51,963 nucleotides of DNA from an uncultured Clostridia bacterium (lineage in GTDB: Bacteria > Acidobacteriota > Blastocatellia > Chloracidobacteriales > JADJPF01), in contig CAZHXL010000010.1 in assembly GCA_964536575.1 (NCBI GenBank), forward strand, positions 1-51,963. The letters are read 5' to 3'. Of the stretch, positions 8,552 through 18,208 are shown piece after piece. Under the pieces are notes generated by a model. That model saw only the letters and a list, made by a program, of their open reading frames with translations, was not told the DNA's origin and searched no databases. Every line of letters starts with the position of its first letter. The first letter of the stretch is position 1. The position numbers and the translations under genes are program-made.

Positions 8552-8632
8552 ATTATTCCTTTCAGTAGCTCCTACCTTCAAATTATAACCCGACTATTGT
8601 AGCCATATTATAGCTATTGTTGAAAAAAAAAC

Positions 8633-10045
8633 TCAACTAACCACTTCCTGCATTAATTGCCAAAGTCGCTCAACTTCTGCTCTAGTAGTAGCCTCTACGC
8701 CAATGGAAACACGTACAATTTGCTTACCCTTTACAATAGACGGAGTTAAGTAAGCTTTACCTGATTCATTAATAGCTTTTGCCCAAGCTAGGTTATGTTG
8801 GGCAAGGTCTGCTTCTGACATATCAGTACTAGGAATATGTCTTACACAAATTGTCTGAAATAACACAGGAGCAACTATTTCCCACTTAGGTTTAGCTTCA
8901 ATTTGTTCTTTTAACCATTTGGTATTTTCTAAGTCGCGTTTAATACGAGCTTGCAATCCCAAAACGCCTTGTTCGCGAATTAAAAACCAGAGTTTTAAGG
9001 CACGAAACCTCCGCCCTAGTTGTATTCCCCAGTCACGATAATTATTTACTTCATTGTCTACATTAGTTTGTAAATAAGCAGGATTAGTAGACATTACTCT
9101 AATTAAATGTTGACTATCTTGGACAAAATAGGCTGTACAGTCAAAAGCTACACCCAACCATTTATGAGGGTTAAAAAGCATTGAGTCTGCTCGTTCCACT
9201 CCTTCCCACATCAAGCGGCATTCGGGCAAAAGCATTGCGCTACCAGCCATTGCTGCATCTACATGCAACCATAAGCTATACTCTTTAGCTAATTTAGCTA
9301 AACCAACGATAGGATCAACAGCAGCACTATTAGTTGTGCCAACCGTCCCAACAATAACACAAGGTTTTGACCCTGATTTAATATCTTCTTGAATAGCCCT
9401 TTCTAGCAAATCCAACCGCAATGCTAGCTCTGAGTCAGTTTCAATTAAACGCACGTTATCTTTACCAAACCCTGCAAGTAATGCAGCTTTGGTAACTGAG
9501 CTATGACTTTGCTCTGAAGTATAAACAATTAGCGGTGATGTCTCAGTTTGTAATCCACCATGGTTTTGACCATAGTTTGTAGTTCGTTCACGAGCAGAAA
9601 GTAGTGCAACTAATGTTCCTGTAGAAGCCGTGTCTTGAATTACTCCTACAAAATTCTTTGATAAACCAAGCATTTCTCTTAGCCAGTTCATAACCACTTC
9701 TTCTAGTTCAGTTGCAGCAGGGCTAGTTTGCCAACTCATGCCTTGGACACCCAACCCAGCACTAAATAGCTCTCCTAGCACAGAAACTAGTGTCGCATTG
9801 GAAGGAAAATAGGCAAAAAAACTAGGGTGGTTCCAATGAGTAATTCCAGGCAAAATTATTTCTTGTAGATCAGATAAAACTCTTTGAAAGTCTTCTCTTT
9901 CATTTGGCGGTAAACTAGGGAGTTGTTTACTAATAGCTCCAGGTTTTACCATTGACATTACTCGCTCTTGAGCTAATTTTTCTCTGTAATCAGCAATCCA
10001 ATCAATAATTTGATGCCCATAAAGGCGAAATTCTTCTGGCGTCAT
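8633..10045 (-). CDS. PLP-dependent aromatic-L-amino-acid (group II) decarboxylase
   Basis: 470 aa. Contains the PLP-lysine motif SMLFNPHKWLGV, DAAMAGSA and HWNHPSFFAYFP, all typical of DDC/TyrDC-type enzymes. Confidence 0.9.
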   Translation of the reverse strand: MTPEEFRLYGHQIIDWIADYREKLAQERVMSMVKPGAISKQLPSLPPNEREDFQRVLSDLQEIILPGITHWNHPSFFAYFPSNATLVSVLGELFSAGLGVQGMSWQTSPAATELEEVVMNWLREMLGLSKNFVGVIQDTASTGTLVALLSARERTTNYGQNHGGLQTETSPLIVYTSEQSHSSVTKAALLAGFGKDNVRLIETDSELALRLDLLERAIQEDIKSGSKPCVIVGTVGTTNSAAVDPIVGLAKLAKEYSLWLHVDAAMAGSAMLLPECRLMWEGVERADSMLFNPHKWLGVAFDCTAYFVQDSQHLIRVMSTNPAYLQTNVDNEVNNYRDWGIQLGRRFRALKLWFLIREQGVLGLQARIKRDLENTKWLKEQIEAKPKWEIVAPVLFQTICVRHIPSTDMSEADLAQHNLAWAKAINESGKAYLTPSIVKGKQIVRVSIGVEATTRAEVERLWQLMQEVVS

Positions 10046-10096
10046 TCTTTAAAAAGCCTCCAAGAAACTATAAGCTAGATTAAACTAGTTATCATT

Positions 10097-13000
10097 CTAC
10101 TCAGAAAACTTAACTAAGCGAATAGATTGAGCTAAAGAATCTCTATTACGAATAAAAAGATTGCCTTTTTGATCAAGAAAAACCTTTGAACAATCAGCTA
10201 AACTAGCATCAATTATTGCTCCACCATCTCCGCTATAAAGCCCTTCTTTACTACTAATGAAATTTTTAATAAGTTTTGTTTCTCTATCAACTTTCCAGAC
10301 TCTAGGAAGTTTCTTAAAGACCCCTTGCCCATTGATTAAAGGCGTATAAGCACCAATAAAAAGATTACCTGCTGGGTCTAAGGCTATGCTCTCAACATAC
10401 CCCAAGCTAGCATCAACCGCTAAACCTCTATCTCCTTCAAACAAAACACCATTCCCACCAGCAAAAAGTGAAAATGTTTTAGTCTTCATATCAAACTGAA
10501 GAACTGCTCCACCAAGATTAGCACTACCATTAAGATTACCTAAAAGAGATACAAAGATATCTCCATTTTTGTCTATAATTAAATTATTAGGAGTAAGTCC
10601 TGAGAAATTTATGGTACCAAGGGTAGTAACAATAGAGGTTTTAGCATCTATTTGCCGTATTCTATTCCCATCTAAAAGATAAATATTATTTTCCTTATCA
10701 GTAGCTATAGCATCAATAGAATTAAAGTTTGTTTCTAAAGCAGGCTTACCATCTGAAAATATCCCGATGTTATTACCAGCAACCGTAGTAATAATGTTTG
10801 TGCTTAAATCTACCTGACGAATAAACCAAGTGCTATTTTGAAGTTCTGTTATAAGCAAGGTGTTTGCTCTAATAGCTAGAGATCTAGGTGAAATAGACAC
10901 ATTTTCTGCTTCTACTGCACTACTTTCTAAAGCTTTAGCACCATCTTTTCCAACAAAACTACTAATAATATTTGTAGAAGGATTTATTCTTCTAACTCTA
11001 CCATTTACAAAATCTGCTATATAAATAGTCCCTGATTGGTCAGTAATAACATCAGCAATATCCCCAAGAGCAGCAAATACGGCTAAGCCTTCATCTCCAA
11101 AGAAATTAAACTTTGTGTTACCAGCTACTTTAACAGCTAGTTCTGATTTAGTACTTAACTGAAAAACATTAAAAGCAGTACTAGTAAAAAATAAATTACC
11201 TAGTCCATCTGTACTAATCTTAGAATCTTGAAGTTTTACTGTCTGATCACCAGATTCTTTACCATTTATTTTTTGGGTAGTAATTGTTTTTTTGCTTAAA
11301 TCAACTCTAGAAATAACACTTGTAGGATTACTTAAACTCCCTTGATCTTGAATAAAAAGGTTTCCTTTTAAGTCAACCGCTATATTGGAAGGCAAAAATA
11401 GAGAAACACTTGTAGCTTTTTTACCATCTCGTTCTTGAGGGCTAGAAGTCTCTTGTCTCTGACCATCTCCAACAACAGTAGTAATAATGCCTTTTTTATT
11501 AATTTGACGAACACGGTTATTTAAAAAATCTCCAATAAAAATATTGCCTTTACTATCTATTGCCAGTGAAGTTGCAAACATAAAGCTAGCATTAAGGGCT
11601 GGCCCCCTATCGCCATTAAATCCACTGCGTCCAGTACCTGCTATAGTACGAATAACCCTTGTGTTAGCATCTATTAGGCGTAAAAGATTTGCTTCAAGTA
11701 CCAAAAGATTACCTTGTAGATCAAAAGCTATATCTGAAATACCGCTAAAACCAGCATCTATAGCAGGCCCACCATCTCCTCCAGAACCTTTACCAACATT
11801 TCCTGCAATAGTAGTAAGAATGCCTGTAAGCATATTAACTTTTTTTATTACTACGCCTGAGTCTACAATAAAAAGATCTCCAGATTTGCTTATAGCAATG
11901 CTATTAGGTCTTATTAAAGCGGTAGTGGCCAAAACCTCATCACTAGTAGAATCCCCGCCGCCAGCAACCGTAGTAATGACCTTAGTTTGTTTATCTACAC
12001 GTCTAATAGTTCTTGTGCCTCTATCAGAAATAAATAAGTTTCCAGCACTATCAACTATGGTTTTAATTGGAGAGCCAAGGTTTGCAAGTTCTGCTGCTCC
12101 ACCATTACCTAAAAAAATTGAACCACCAGCAATTGTAGTAATTTCACCAGACGCTAATAAATTGGCTGGTTTAGAAACTGAACTTATTTCCTTTTGAGCA
12201 AGCCCCCCACGAGTCAAAATAGAAAGCGTTATCCGGCCAGGTAAATTTTGTGTTGGTAGCTGTACTTTTATTTCTTCTGCTTTAATACTAGTAAATGGAA
12301 GTGATTGCCCACCAAAAACAATTTGGCTTTCTGGAGAAAAATTCTTACCTGCTATTATTAGTTCTGTAGTTTGACCAACATTTATTACATCTGGTTCTAC
12401 TTTAAGGATTTCTGGAGCACCAACAGAAACAACTTTTAATGCTTCTGACTCACTAGCGTTAGTATCTAATACAAAAGCCTCAGTGCCTTTTATGTTAACG
12501 CTAACAGCCTTACTAAAAGTAACTTTTGGTTGAGCAAGCTCAATAACTTCTGGCATTTGTCCAAATGAACGTGTAACTAATTGAACGCTTTTATTATCAA
12601 CAACATAAATATTACCCAACCCATCAAGGCTAACTGATTGTGGTTTATCAAACAGAATTTCATCGTCTACTTTATTTAATGTTCTATCCATTAAACCTTG
12701 AGATGAAGTAGCTACTCCTAAGGTAGAGACATTGCCTATTAATTCATTTTTATCATTTCGGGAAATATCAATAAGACGAACACGGTTATTATCTTCATCT
12801 GCAACAGTTAAAAGTCTACTATCTGTACTAAGTGCCATTGCAGAAGGGCGTTTAAATCTAGCACTACGTCCCAGCCCGTCTTCTTTACCGTTTTTACCTG
12901 GTTCACCAGCGATAATATTTACTTTACGCTTTGTAATATCTACATAATAAATAGCATGATTATCTGTGTCTGCTACAAAAAAATTTCCACCATTATCTGT

Positions 13001-13762
13001 AACAACTCCTCTTGGGCTATTTAGTAAAAGCCTTTCTAGGTCAATTTTTCCATCACTAGCAAAAACATTAGTTCCTGGAGTGCTTTTTCCTGCAACTGTC
13101 TCAACTCGGTTATTAAAGCTAATTTTTCTAATATTATGATTAAGTGTGTCTGCGATATAAAGCCCACCATTCGCGCTATTATCTACGCCTATAGCTGTTG
13201 GGCCTGCAAATAATGCTTCCTTAGCTAAACCATTACGGTTTCCTGCTACTCTAGATGTACCAGCAAAAGTGTTAACTCTTGAATTTAAGGAACTTTCTGC
13301 TTTTAATATTACGTTTTGAGTAGGGCTACTAATGTAGAGGCTTCCTCCACTATCAGTTTTACTATCACCAGGAACTTTAGAACCATTTGCTTTACGTACT
13401 CTAGACACGGTTAGAAAAACCGAAGAACTCTGTCCATTTTGTGTTGCTGTAATAGTAGCAAACCCACTTTTTACTCCAAGTATTTCTCCAGTAGTTAGCT
13501 CAACAGTTGCAATATCTGGGCTTCCTGATTGCCACATAACTCCATCATTTATTGGGTTTCCATTACTATCTATTACAGAAACTTTAATGCGGTTTCCTTC
13601 ATTGACTACAGGGCTACGTTGTTTTATGCGCAAAGTGCTTTGCTCAGTGGCCTTTGAGGCTAGGTTAAAATATTTTTCAGGGAAAAAAATATTCTTTTTT
13701 GGGAAAAAAGAGATTATTAAGAAAAGAGAAAATAACATGCTCATAAAAACATATTTGCTCAT
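10097..13762 (-). CDS. Large secreted Big_2 / NHL-repeat beta-propeller / IPT-TIG surface protein (paralog 1)
   Basis: Signal peptide. Ig-like Big_2 segment SGSPDIATVELTTGEILGVKSGFATITAT. NHL-type blades (NSPRGVVTDNGGNFFVADTDNHAIYYVD; ADEDNNRVRLID). IPT-like segment PEILKVEPDVINVGQTTELIIAGKNFSP. Many further GDGG..A.L..P..IA.D..GNLFI.D...R.RR.D repeats follow. Confidence 0.85.
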   Translation of the reverse strand: MSKYVFMSMLFSLFLIISFFPKKNIFFPEKYFNLASKATEQSTLRIKQRSPVVNEGNRIKVSVIDSNGNPINDGVMWQSGSPDIATVELTTGEILGVKSGFATITATQNGQSSSVFLTVSRVRKANGSKVPGDSKTDSGGSLYISSPTQNVILKAESSLNSRVNTFAGTSRVAGNRNGLAKEALFAGPTAIGVDNSANGGLYIADTLNHNIRKISFNNRVETVAGKSTPGTNVFASDGKIDLERLLLNSPRGVVTDNGGNFFVADTDNHAIYYVDITKRKVNIIAGEPGKNGKEDGLGRSARFKRPSAMALSTDSRLLTVADEDNNRVRLIDISRNDKNELIGNVSTLGVATSSQGLMDRTLNKVDDEILFDKPQSVSLDGLGNIYVVDNKSVQLVTRSFGQMPEVIELAQPKVTFSKAVSVNIKGTEAFVLDTNASESEALKVVSVGAPEILKVEPDVINVGQTTELIIAGKNFSPESQIVFGGQSLPFTSIKAEEIKVQLPTQNLPGRITLSILTRGGLAQKEISSVSKPANLLASGEITTIAGGSIFLGNGGAAELANLGSPIKTIVDSAGNLFISDRGTRTIRRVDKQTKVITTVAGGGDSTSDEVLATTALIRPNSIAISKSGDLFIVDSGVVIKKVNMLTGILTTIAGNVGKGSGGDGGPAIDAGFSGISDIAFDLQGNLLVLEANLLRLIDANTRVIRTIAGTGRSGFNGDRGPALNASFMFATSLAIDSKGNIFIGDFLNNRVRQINKKGIITTVVGDGQRQETSSPQERDGKKATSVSLFLPSNIAVDLKGNLFIQDQGSLSNPTSVISRVDLSKKTITTQKINGKESGDQTVKLQDSKISTDGLGNLFFTSTAFNVFQLSTKSELAVKVAGNTKFNFFGDEGLAVFAALGDIADVITDQSGTIYIADFVNGRVRRINPSTNIISSFVGKDGAKALESSAVEAENVSISPRSLAIRANTLLITELQNSTWFIRQVDLSTNIITTVAGNNIGIFSDGKPALETNFNSIDAIATDKENNIYLLDGNRIRQIDAKTSIVTTLGTINFSGLTPNNLIIDKNGDIFVSLLGNLNGSANLGGAVLQFDMKTKTFSLFAGGNGVLFEGDRGLAVDASLGYVESIALDPAGNLFIGAYTPLINGQGVFKKLPRVWKVDRETKLIKNFISSKEGLYSGDGGAIIDASLADCSKVFLDQKGNLFIRNRDSLAQSIRLVKFSE

Positions 13763-13898
13763 AAAAACACTTCTCCATAAAAACTAACAGTACTTCTATT
13801 AACTGACGCGTAAAAATTACTAATTAGCTATCATATTACTAAGATTTTTTTCTAAAATTCTAATAGTTTTGTTTAAGCTTTGATACAGAGAAAAACAA

Positions 13899-13928
13899 AA
13901 AAGTAGTCACAACGTTGTGACTACTTTT
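13899..13928. repeat. Perfect 30-nt palindrome, GTAGTCACAACGTTGTGACTAC family (copy 1)
   Basis: AAAAGTAGTCACAAC|GTTGTGACTACTTTT. An identical sequence recurs at 37125-37154. Here it lies between two co-directional genes, so it could also terminate the upstream one. Confidence 0.85.
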
Positions 13929-13998
13929 CTATTACCTTTGTTTTTGGGTTTCTATAAAAACCACTTCATTGAAAACCACTTCATTGATAGTTTTCAGA

Positions 13999-16900
13999 TT
14001 AAAAATTAAACTGGAAACTAGCCGTAGCACCTGTTGAGCTAGTTACTGTTAGCTGGTTAGTGCCTTTACGCATATTTAATTTTTTACGACTACCTGAAAG
14101 TGTGAGTTTAGTATCAGTGTTATTTGAAATAAAAGCACTCGCGTCTGTACCATTTACAACGACTTTTGCACCAGAAGAACCAAAGCCTTGACCATCAATA
14201 GCTAGGTTTGGTTTAAGATAAGCAGCATTGCTAATAGAAATATTTGTTGATATTGGGCCACCGCTAGTTTTTTGTAAATGTACTAATCTAAGAGCAGCAA
14301 TAGGTTGTTTTATGTCTAACAGGAGTAAATCTCCATTTGGACTAAAAGATATAACTGGTATCCCAACAATACTAGCATTAGCCAACGAACCACCATCACC
14401 TTGATAACCATTATTTCCTTTTATAAAAGTATTAATGGTTTTACTACTTGCATCAACTCTAAGTATTCTAGGGTTCAAAAACCCAATAAAGTTCACTGGA
14501 TCAATTTCTGCCGCGCTAATAAAGAGGTTTCCACCTGAGTCTATTTCTATGCTACGTACTAGACCTAGACCTGTATTTGTAGCTAAACTGCCTTCACCAC
14601 TAAAGAAGGTTTGTCCATTACCAACAACGCTAGTAATGACTCCACTGGTATCAATACGGCGAACTAAAGCCCCCCTTAGTTTGCCTCCTACTTCTGTTGC
14701 ACCGTCAACAACAAGCACATTACCTTTATTATCAATGGTAATGCTTTCTGGCCCTATCGCACCTTTAGTAGCAAGTTCTCCATCTTTCACATTATTATTA
14801 CTACCATTACCAGCAATAGTAGTAATTATATTTGTCTTGGCATCAACCCGGCGTACATACTCACTAGTAGAGATAAAAAGGTTATCTTGTGTATCAAAAG
14901 CTATATCTCTAGGGCCACCCAAAGCAGCTTTTGTTGCTAGCCCACCATCGCCAGTGATTTTATCCCCTAATGAACCATCACCTGCTATTGTAGTAATCAC
15001 ATTTGTAACCGCATCAATACGGCGAACTTTTCCTTCAGAAAAATCTGACACATATAAATTACCTTTGCTATCTGTAGTAATTGCAGTAGGTTGAACAAAC
15101 TTTGCAGCTAAAGCTTGTCCACCATCTCCATTAGGGCCGTTTGATACAAAATTACAATCGTTTTTACCAACACCAGCAAAGCGTGTAATAATTCCTGTCT
15201 TGGCATCTATACGTCTAATAACAGTAGCAGCAAAATCTACAATAAAAGTATTACCTTGAGGATCGCTAGTTATATCAGTTGCACTACCTAAACTAGCAGT
15301 AGTAGCTAAATTATTATCCCCCCGAATATCTAATAGTTTTCTGCCTGCCACAGTAGAGACTGACCCTGTGTTTAAGTTTAACTTTCTCACACGATTGAAA
15401 TCAGAAGCATACAGGTTTCCACTAGCATCTAAAGATATAGTTGTCCCAGTAATAAACAGAAAATCTGGAACATCATTGTTATCACATTTCATAGAAGTAG
15501 GATCCTGTTTTACAATATTGATAATTCCTGTAGTGAGATTAACTTGAGAAACAATAGAATCCGAAATAATTAAATTGTCTTTACTATCAATAGCAACAGC
15601 CGAAGGCCCAGCTAGTCCAATACTTGTAGCAGGTTTACCATCTCGGGTAGTACCACCAGAACTACTACCATTACCAGCAACAGTAGTAATAATATTTGTT
15701 TGTGCATCTACTCGACGAATACGGCCATTACGTGTGTCAGCAATAAAGAGGTTACCTTTAGAATCAAAATCTATTCCTGAAGGAGATTGCAAACCAGCAT
15801 TACTAGCCAACCCACCATCACCATTAAAAGTTGCATTACCATTACCTACTACAGTAGTAATAGTATTTGTTTTGGCATCAATACGGCGTACACGATTATT
15901 TGTACTAATAAATAGATTACCAGCACGGTCAAATAATAAGCCTTTAGGAACATCGCCAAACCCAGCATTTGTTGCTAAAGCACCATCCCCGCTAAAGGAA
16001 CGGTCTTTGCTTCCAGCAATAGTAGTAATAACGCTAGTAACTGCATCAACTCGCCTAATGCTTTGTGTTAACCTATCGCTAATAAAAATATTACCACTAG
16101 TATCTACTGTAATAGCAAGTGGTTCTATTTTAGCAATATTAGAAATTACGCCATCATTTAGTGAGCTTCCTCCTCCAGCTATAGTATTAATAACCCCTGT
16201 CTCTACATCAATGCGACGTACACGTCCTGTTTCTCCATCAGCAATAAAAATATTTCCTAGGCTATCAAGAGTAACGCTAGTGTTAGTGCTTAGGTTAGCT
16301 TCTAGTGCACTGCCCCCATCACCAGAAAAAGAAAGCCCTCCAGCAATAGTAGTTATTTCTTCTAAAGCTAAGTCTGAAGCAGGTTTAGCGATAATATTTA
16401 ATTCTCTTTGGGCTAACCCTCCACGAGTTAGTAATGAAAAAGTTCTAATTCCAGCAAAGGGTTGTGGTGGGACTTTAAATCTTATTTCCGTAGCACTAAT
16501 TACTTGAGCGTCAATCACTGTGTCTCCAAAAGTACCCATAGTTTCTGGAGCAAAATTTGAGCCTGTAACAACTACGTCTGCACCTCCTTCCATACGAAAA
16601 ACACTAGGAGTAACAGTTTTTATTTCAGGAGCACCAACAGTAACAATATTAACTGCTTCGTCCTCAGAATTAGCTCCAGCATCAAGTACAAAGGCTTCTG
16701 TTCCTTTGACTATTACGTTTACAGCTTTATTAAAACTCACTCCTGGTTGTGCTAATTGAACAACTTGTGAAGTTTCTCCATCTGAGCGCAACACTACTTG
16801 GACACCAGAGTTATCAACTATATAAATGTTATTAAGGCCATCTAAACTTACTGATTGAGGTTTATCAAAGATTATTGCTGTACTATTTTGGTTTTGTGCA

Positions 16901-18000
16901 GAACTATGAAGGCTATTTTGACTAGAGTTTGTACTTAAAGTTGATACATTGGCAATAGGTCTACCATCTGTTTGACGAGTTATATCAATTAATCTAACCC
17001 GGTTATTATCTTCATCAGCAACTGTAAGTAACCGACCATCTGAACTAAGGGCTAATCCTGCTGGACGTTTAAATTTGGCTTGTGTACCCACCCCATCATC
17101 TTGACCACTTATTCCAAGTTGACCAGCAAGTAAACTTATTTTATTACGACTAAAATCAACATAATAAATAGCATGGTTATCTGTATCTGCAACATAAAGA
17201 TTGCCTCCACCATCAGAAGCTATTCCACGAGGACTATTAAACTGAGCATTATCACTTGATAACACTCCATCATTATCAAAAAGATTTTTACCAGGAAACC
17301 CTGTTCCTAATAGTGTTTCTACTTGACCATTAAACTGTACTTTACGAATTTGATGGTTAAGAGTATCGGTAATATAGAGTCCACCTTTAAGGCTATTGTC
17401 TATGGCAATTGCTGTTGGGCCAGAAAAGCGAGCTTGTTGGCGAAAACCATTTTGATTTCCACCTAAATTGCGTTCACCTGCAAAAATCTCTATAGGAGAA
17501 TTAAGTTTTTTATCTGCTACTAAAATCACGTTTTGCGTAGGGTTACTTATATATAGTTTTCCTGCGTTATCTACCTTGGAGTCACCAGGGACTCTTTCGC
17601 CCTTACCTTTTCTAATTTTAGTAACTACTACAAAAGTAGAAATACTCTCACCGTTACGATTTGCTGTAATAGTGGCAAAACCTTGTTTGATTCCTCTAAC
17701 TTCACCTGTGCGCGGGTCTACTTGGGCAATATCAGGACTGCCAGAAGACCAAAGGATTTCATTAACAGGACGACCATTAGAATCTGTAGCTGTTAAAGCA
17801 ATTTGATTGCCTTCATTAACTACAGGATTACGTTGTTTTATCAGGATATTTTGTACTACTTGTTTAACCTTAGTATGACGAGTATTTTGTTCTTTATTGT
17901 GTGTATTTAAGGACGCTCTAGGCACTATGGTAAAAAAACAAGCCACGATCAAAACAGACATTATTATGCTTTTTGTTTTGACAAATAAAGGTAATCTCAT
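13999..18000 (-). CDS. Large secreted Big_2 / NHL-repeat / IPT-TIG surface protein (paralog 2)
   Basis: 1333 aa. Same domain order as 10097-13762, with near-identical N-terminal blocks (PGDSK.D..G.LYIS.PTQNVIL; ADTDNHAIYYVD; LLTVADEDNNRVRLIDI). Carries an extra C-terminal IPT-like module. Confidence 0.85.
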   Translation of the reverse strand: MRLPLFVKTKSIIMSVLIVACFFTIVPRASLNTHNKEQNTRHTKVKQVVQNILIKQRNPVVNEGNQIALTATDSNGRPVNEILWSSGSPDIAQVDPRTGEVRGIKQGFATITANRNGESISTFVVVTKIRKGKGERVPGDSKVDNAGKLYISNPTQNVILVADKKLNSPIEIFAGERNLGGNQNGFRQQARFSGPTAIAIDNSLKGGLYITDTLNHQIRKVQFNGQVETLLGTGFPGKNLFDNDGVLSSDNAQFNSPRGIASDGGGNLYVADTDNHAIYYVDFSRNKISLLAGQLGISGQDDGVGTQAKFKRPAGLALSSDGRLLTVADEDNNRVRLIDITRQTDGRPIANVSTLSTNSSQNSLHSSAQNQNSTAIIFDKPQSVSLDGLNNIYIVDNSGVQVVLRSDGETSQVVQLAQPGVSFNKAVNVIVKGTEAFVLDAGANSEDEAVNIVTVGAPEIKTVTPSVFRMEGGADVVVTGSNFAPETMGTFGDTVIDAQVISATEIRFKVPPQPFAGIRTFSLLTRGGLAQRELNIIAKPASDLALEEITTIAGGLSFSGDGGSALEANLSTNTSVTLDSLGNIFIADGETGRVRRIDVETGVINTIAGGGSSLNDGVISNIAKIEPLAITVDTSGNIFISDRLTQSIRRVDAVTSVITTIAGSKDRSFSGDGALATNAGFGDVPKGLLFDRAGNLFISTNNRVRRIDAKTNTITTVVGNGNATFNGDGGLASNAGLQSPSGIDFDSKGNLFIADTRNGRIRRVDAQTNIITTVAGNGSSSGGTTRDGKPATSIGLAGPSAVAIDSKDNLIISDSIVSQVNLTTGIINIVKQDPTSMKCDNNDVPDFLFITGTTISLDASGNLYASDFNRVRKLNLNTGSVSTVAGRKLLDIRGDNNLATTASLGSATDITSDPQGNTFIVDFAATVIRRIDAKTGIITRFAGVGKNDCNFVSNGPNGDGGQALAAKFVQPTAITTDSKGNLYVSDFSEGKVRRIDAVTNVITTIAGDGSLGDKITGDGGLATKAALGGPRDIAFDTQDNLFISTSEYVRRVDAKTNIITTIAGNGSNNNVKDGELATKGAIGPESITIDNKGNVLVVDGATEVGGKLRGALVRRIDTSGVITSVVGNGQTFFSGEGSLATNTGLGLVRSIEIDSGGNLFISAAEIDPVNFIGFLNPRILRVDASSKTINTFIKGNNGYQGDGGSLANASIVGIPVISFSPNGDLLLLDIKQPIAALRLVHLQKTSGGPISTNISISNAAYLKPNLAIDGQGFGSSGAKVVVNGTDASAFISNNTDTKLTLSGSRKKLNMRKGTNQLTVTSSTGATASFQFNF

Positions 18001-18135
18001 ATAAATTTCAAACCCCTTGTTAAAATCTGCTTAAAAGAAGTAATTTTGTGGATAATTTCTTCTAATAAATAACGCGCAAGATTTTTATTAAACCTATCAT
18101 TTTTGGTCGTGTTGTAAATTTATTGAAACATGACC

Positions 18136-18187
18136 AAAAAACAAAAACGCGATGTTATTAAACTAACATCGCGCTTTTGTTTTTTTG
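18136..18187. terminator. Bidirectional intrinsic terminator
   Basis: 10-bp stem CGCGATGTTA / TAACATCGCG (18148-18157 / 18164-18173) with a 6-nt loop. It is flanked by an A-run on one side and a T-run on the other, giving a U-tract on either strand. It sits just downstream of the HU gene. Confidence 0.8.
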
Positions 18188-18208
18188 ATTAATTACTAAT
18201 TAGTTGAA

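Noticed and set aside
11544-12197. 217-aa plus-strand ORF (also 12732-12947 and 13587-13787) inside the 1221-aa NHL gene.
   Set aside because: It is antisense to a well-supported repeat protein. The translation is low-complexity (Pro/Ser/Ile/Ala-rich). This is typical of the mirror frame of GDGG/NHL repeats, and there is no RBS.
14435-17806. Plus-strand ORFs 14435-15094, 15575-16507 (310 aa), 16520-16759 and 17468-17806 inside the 1333-aa NHL gene.
   Set aside because: Same artefact as above. These are long antisense frames kept open by repeat codon composition, with no recognisable domains.
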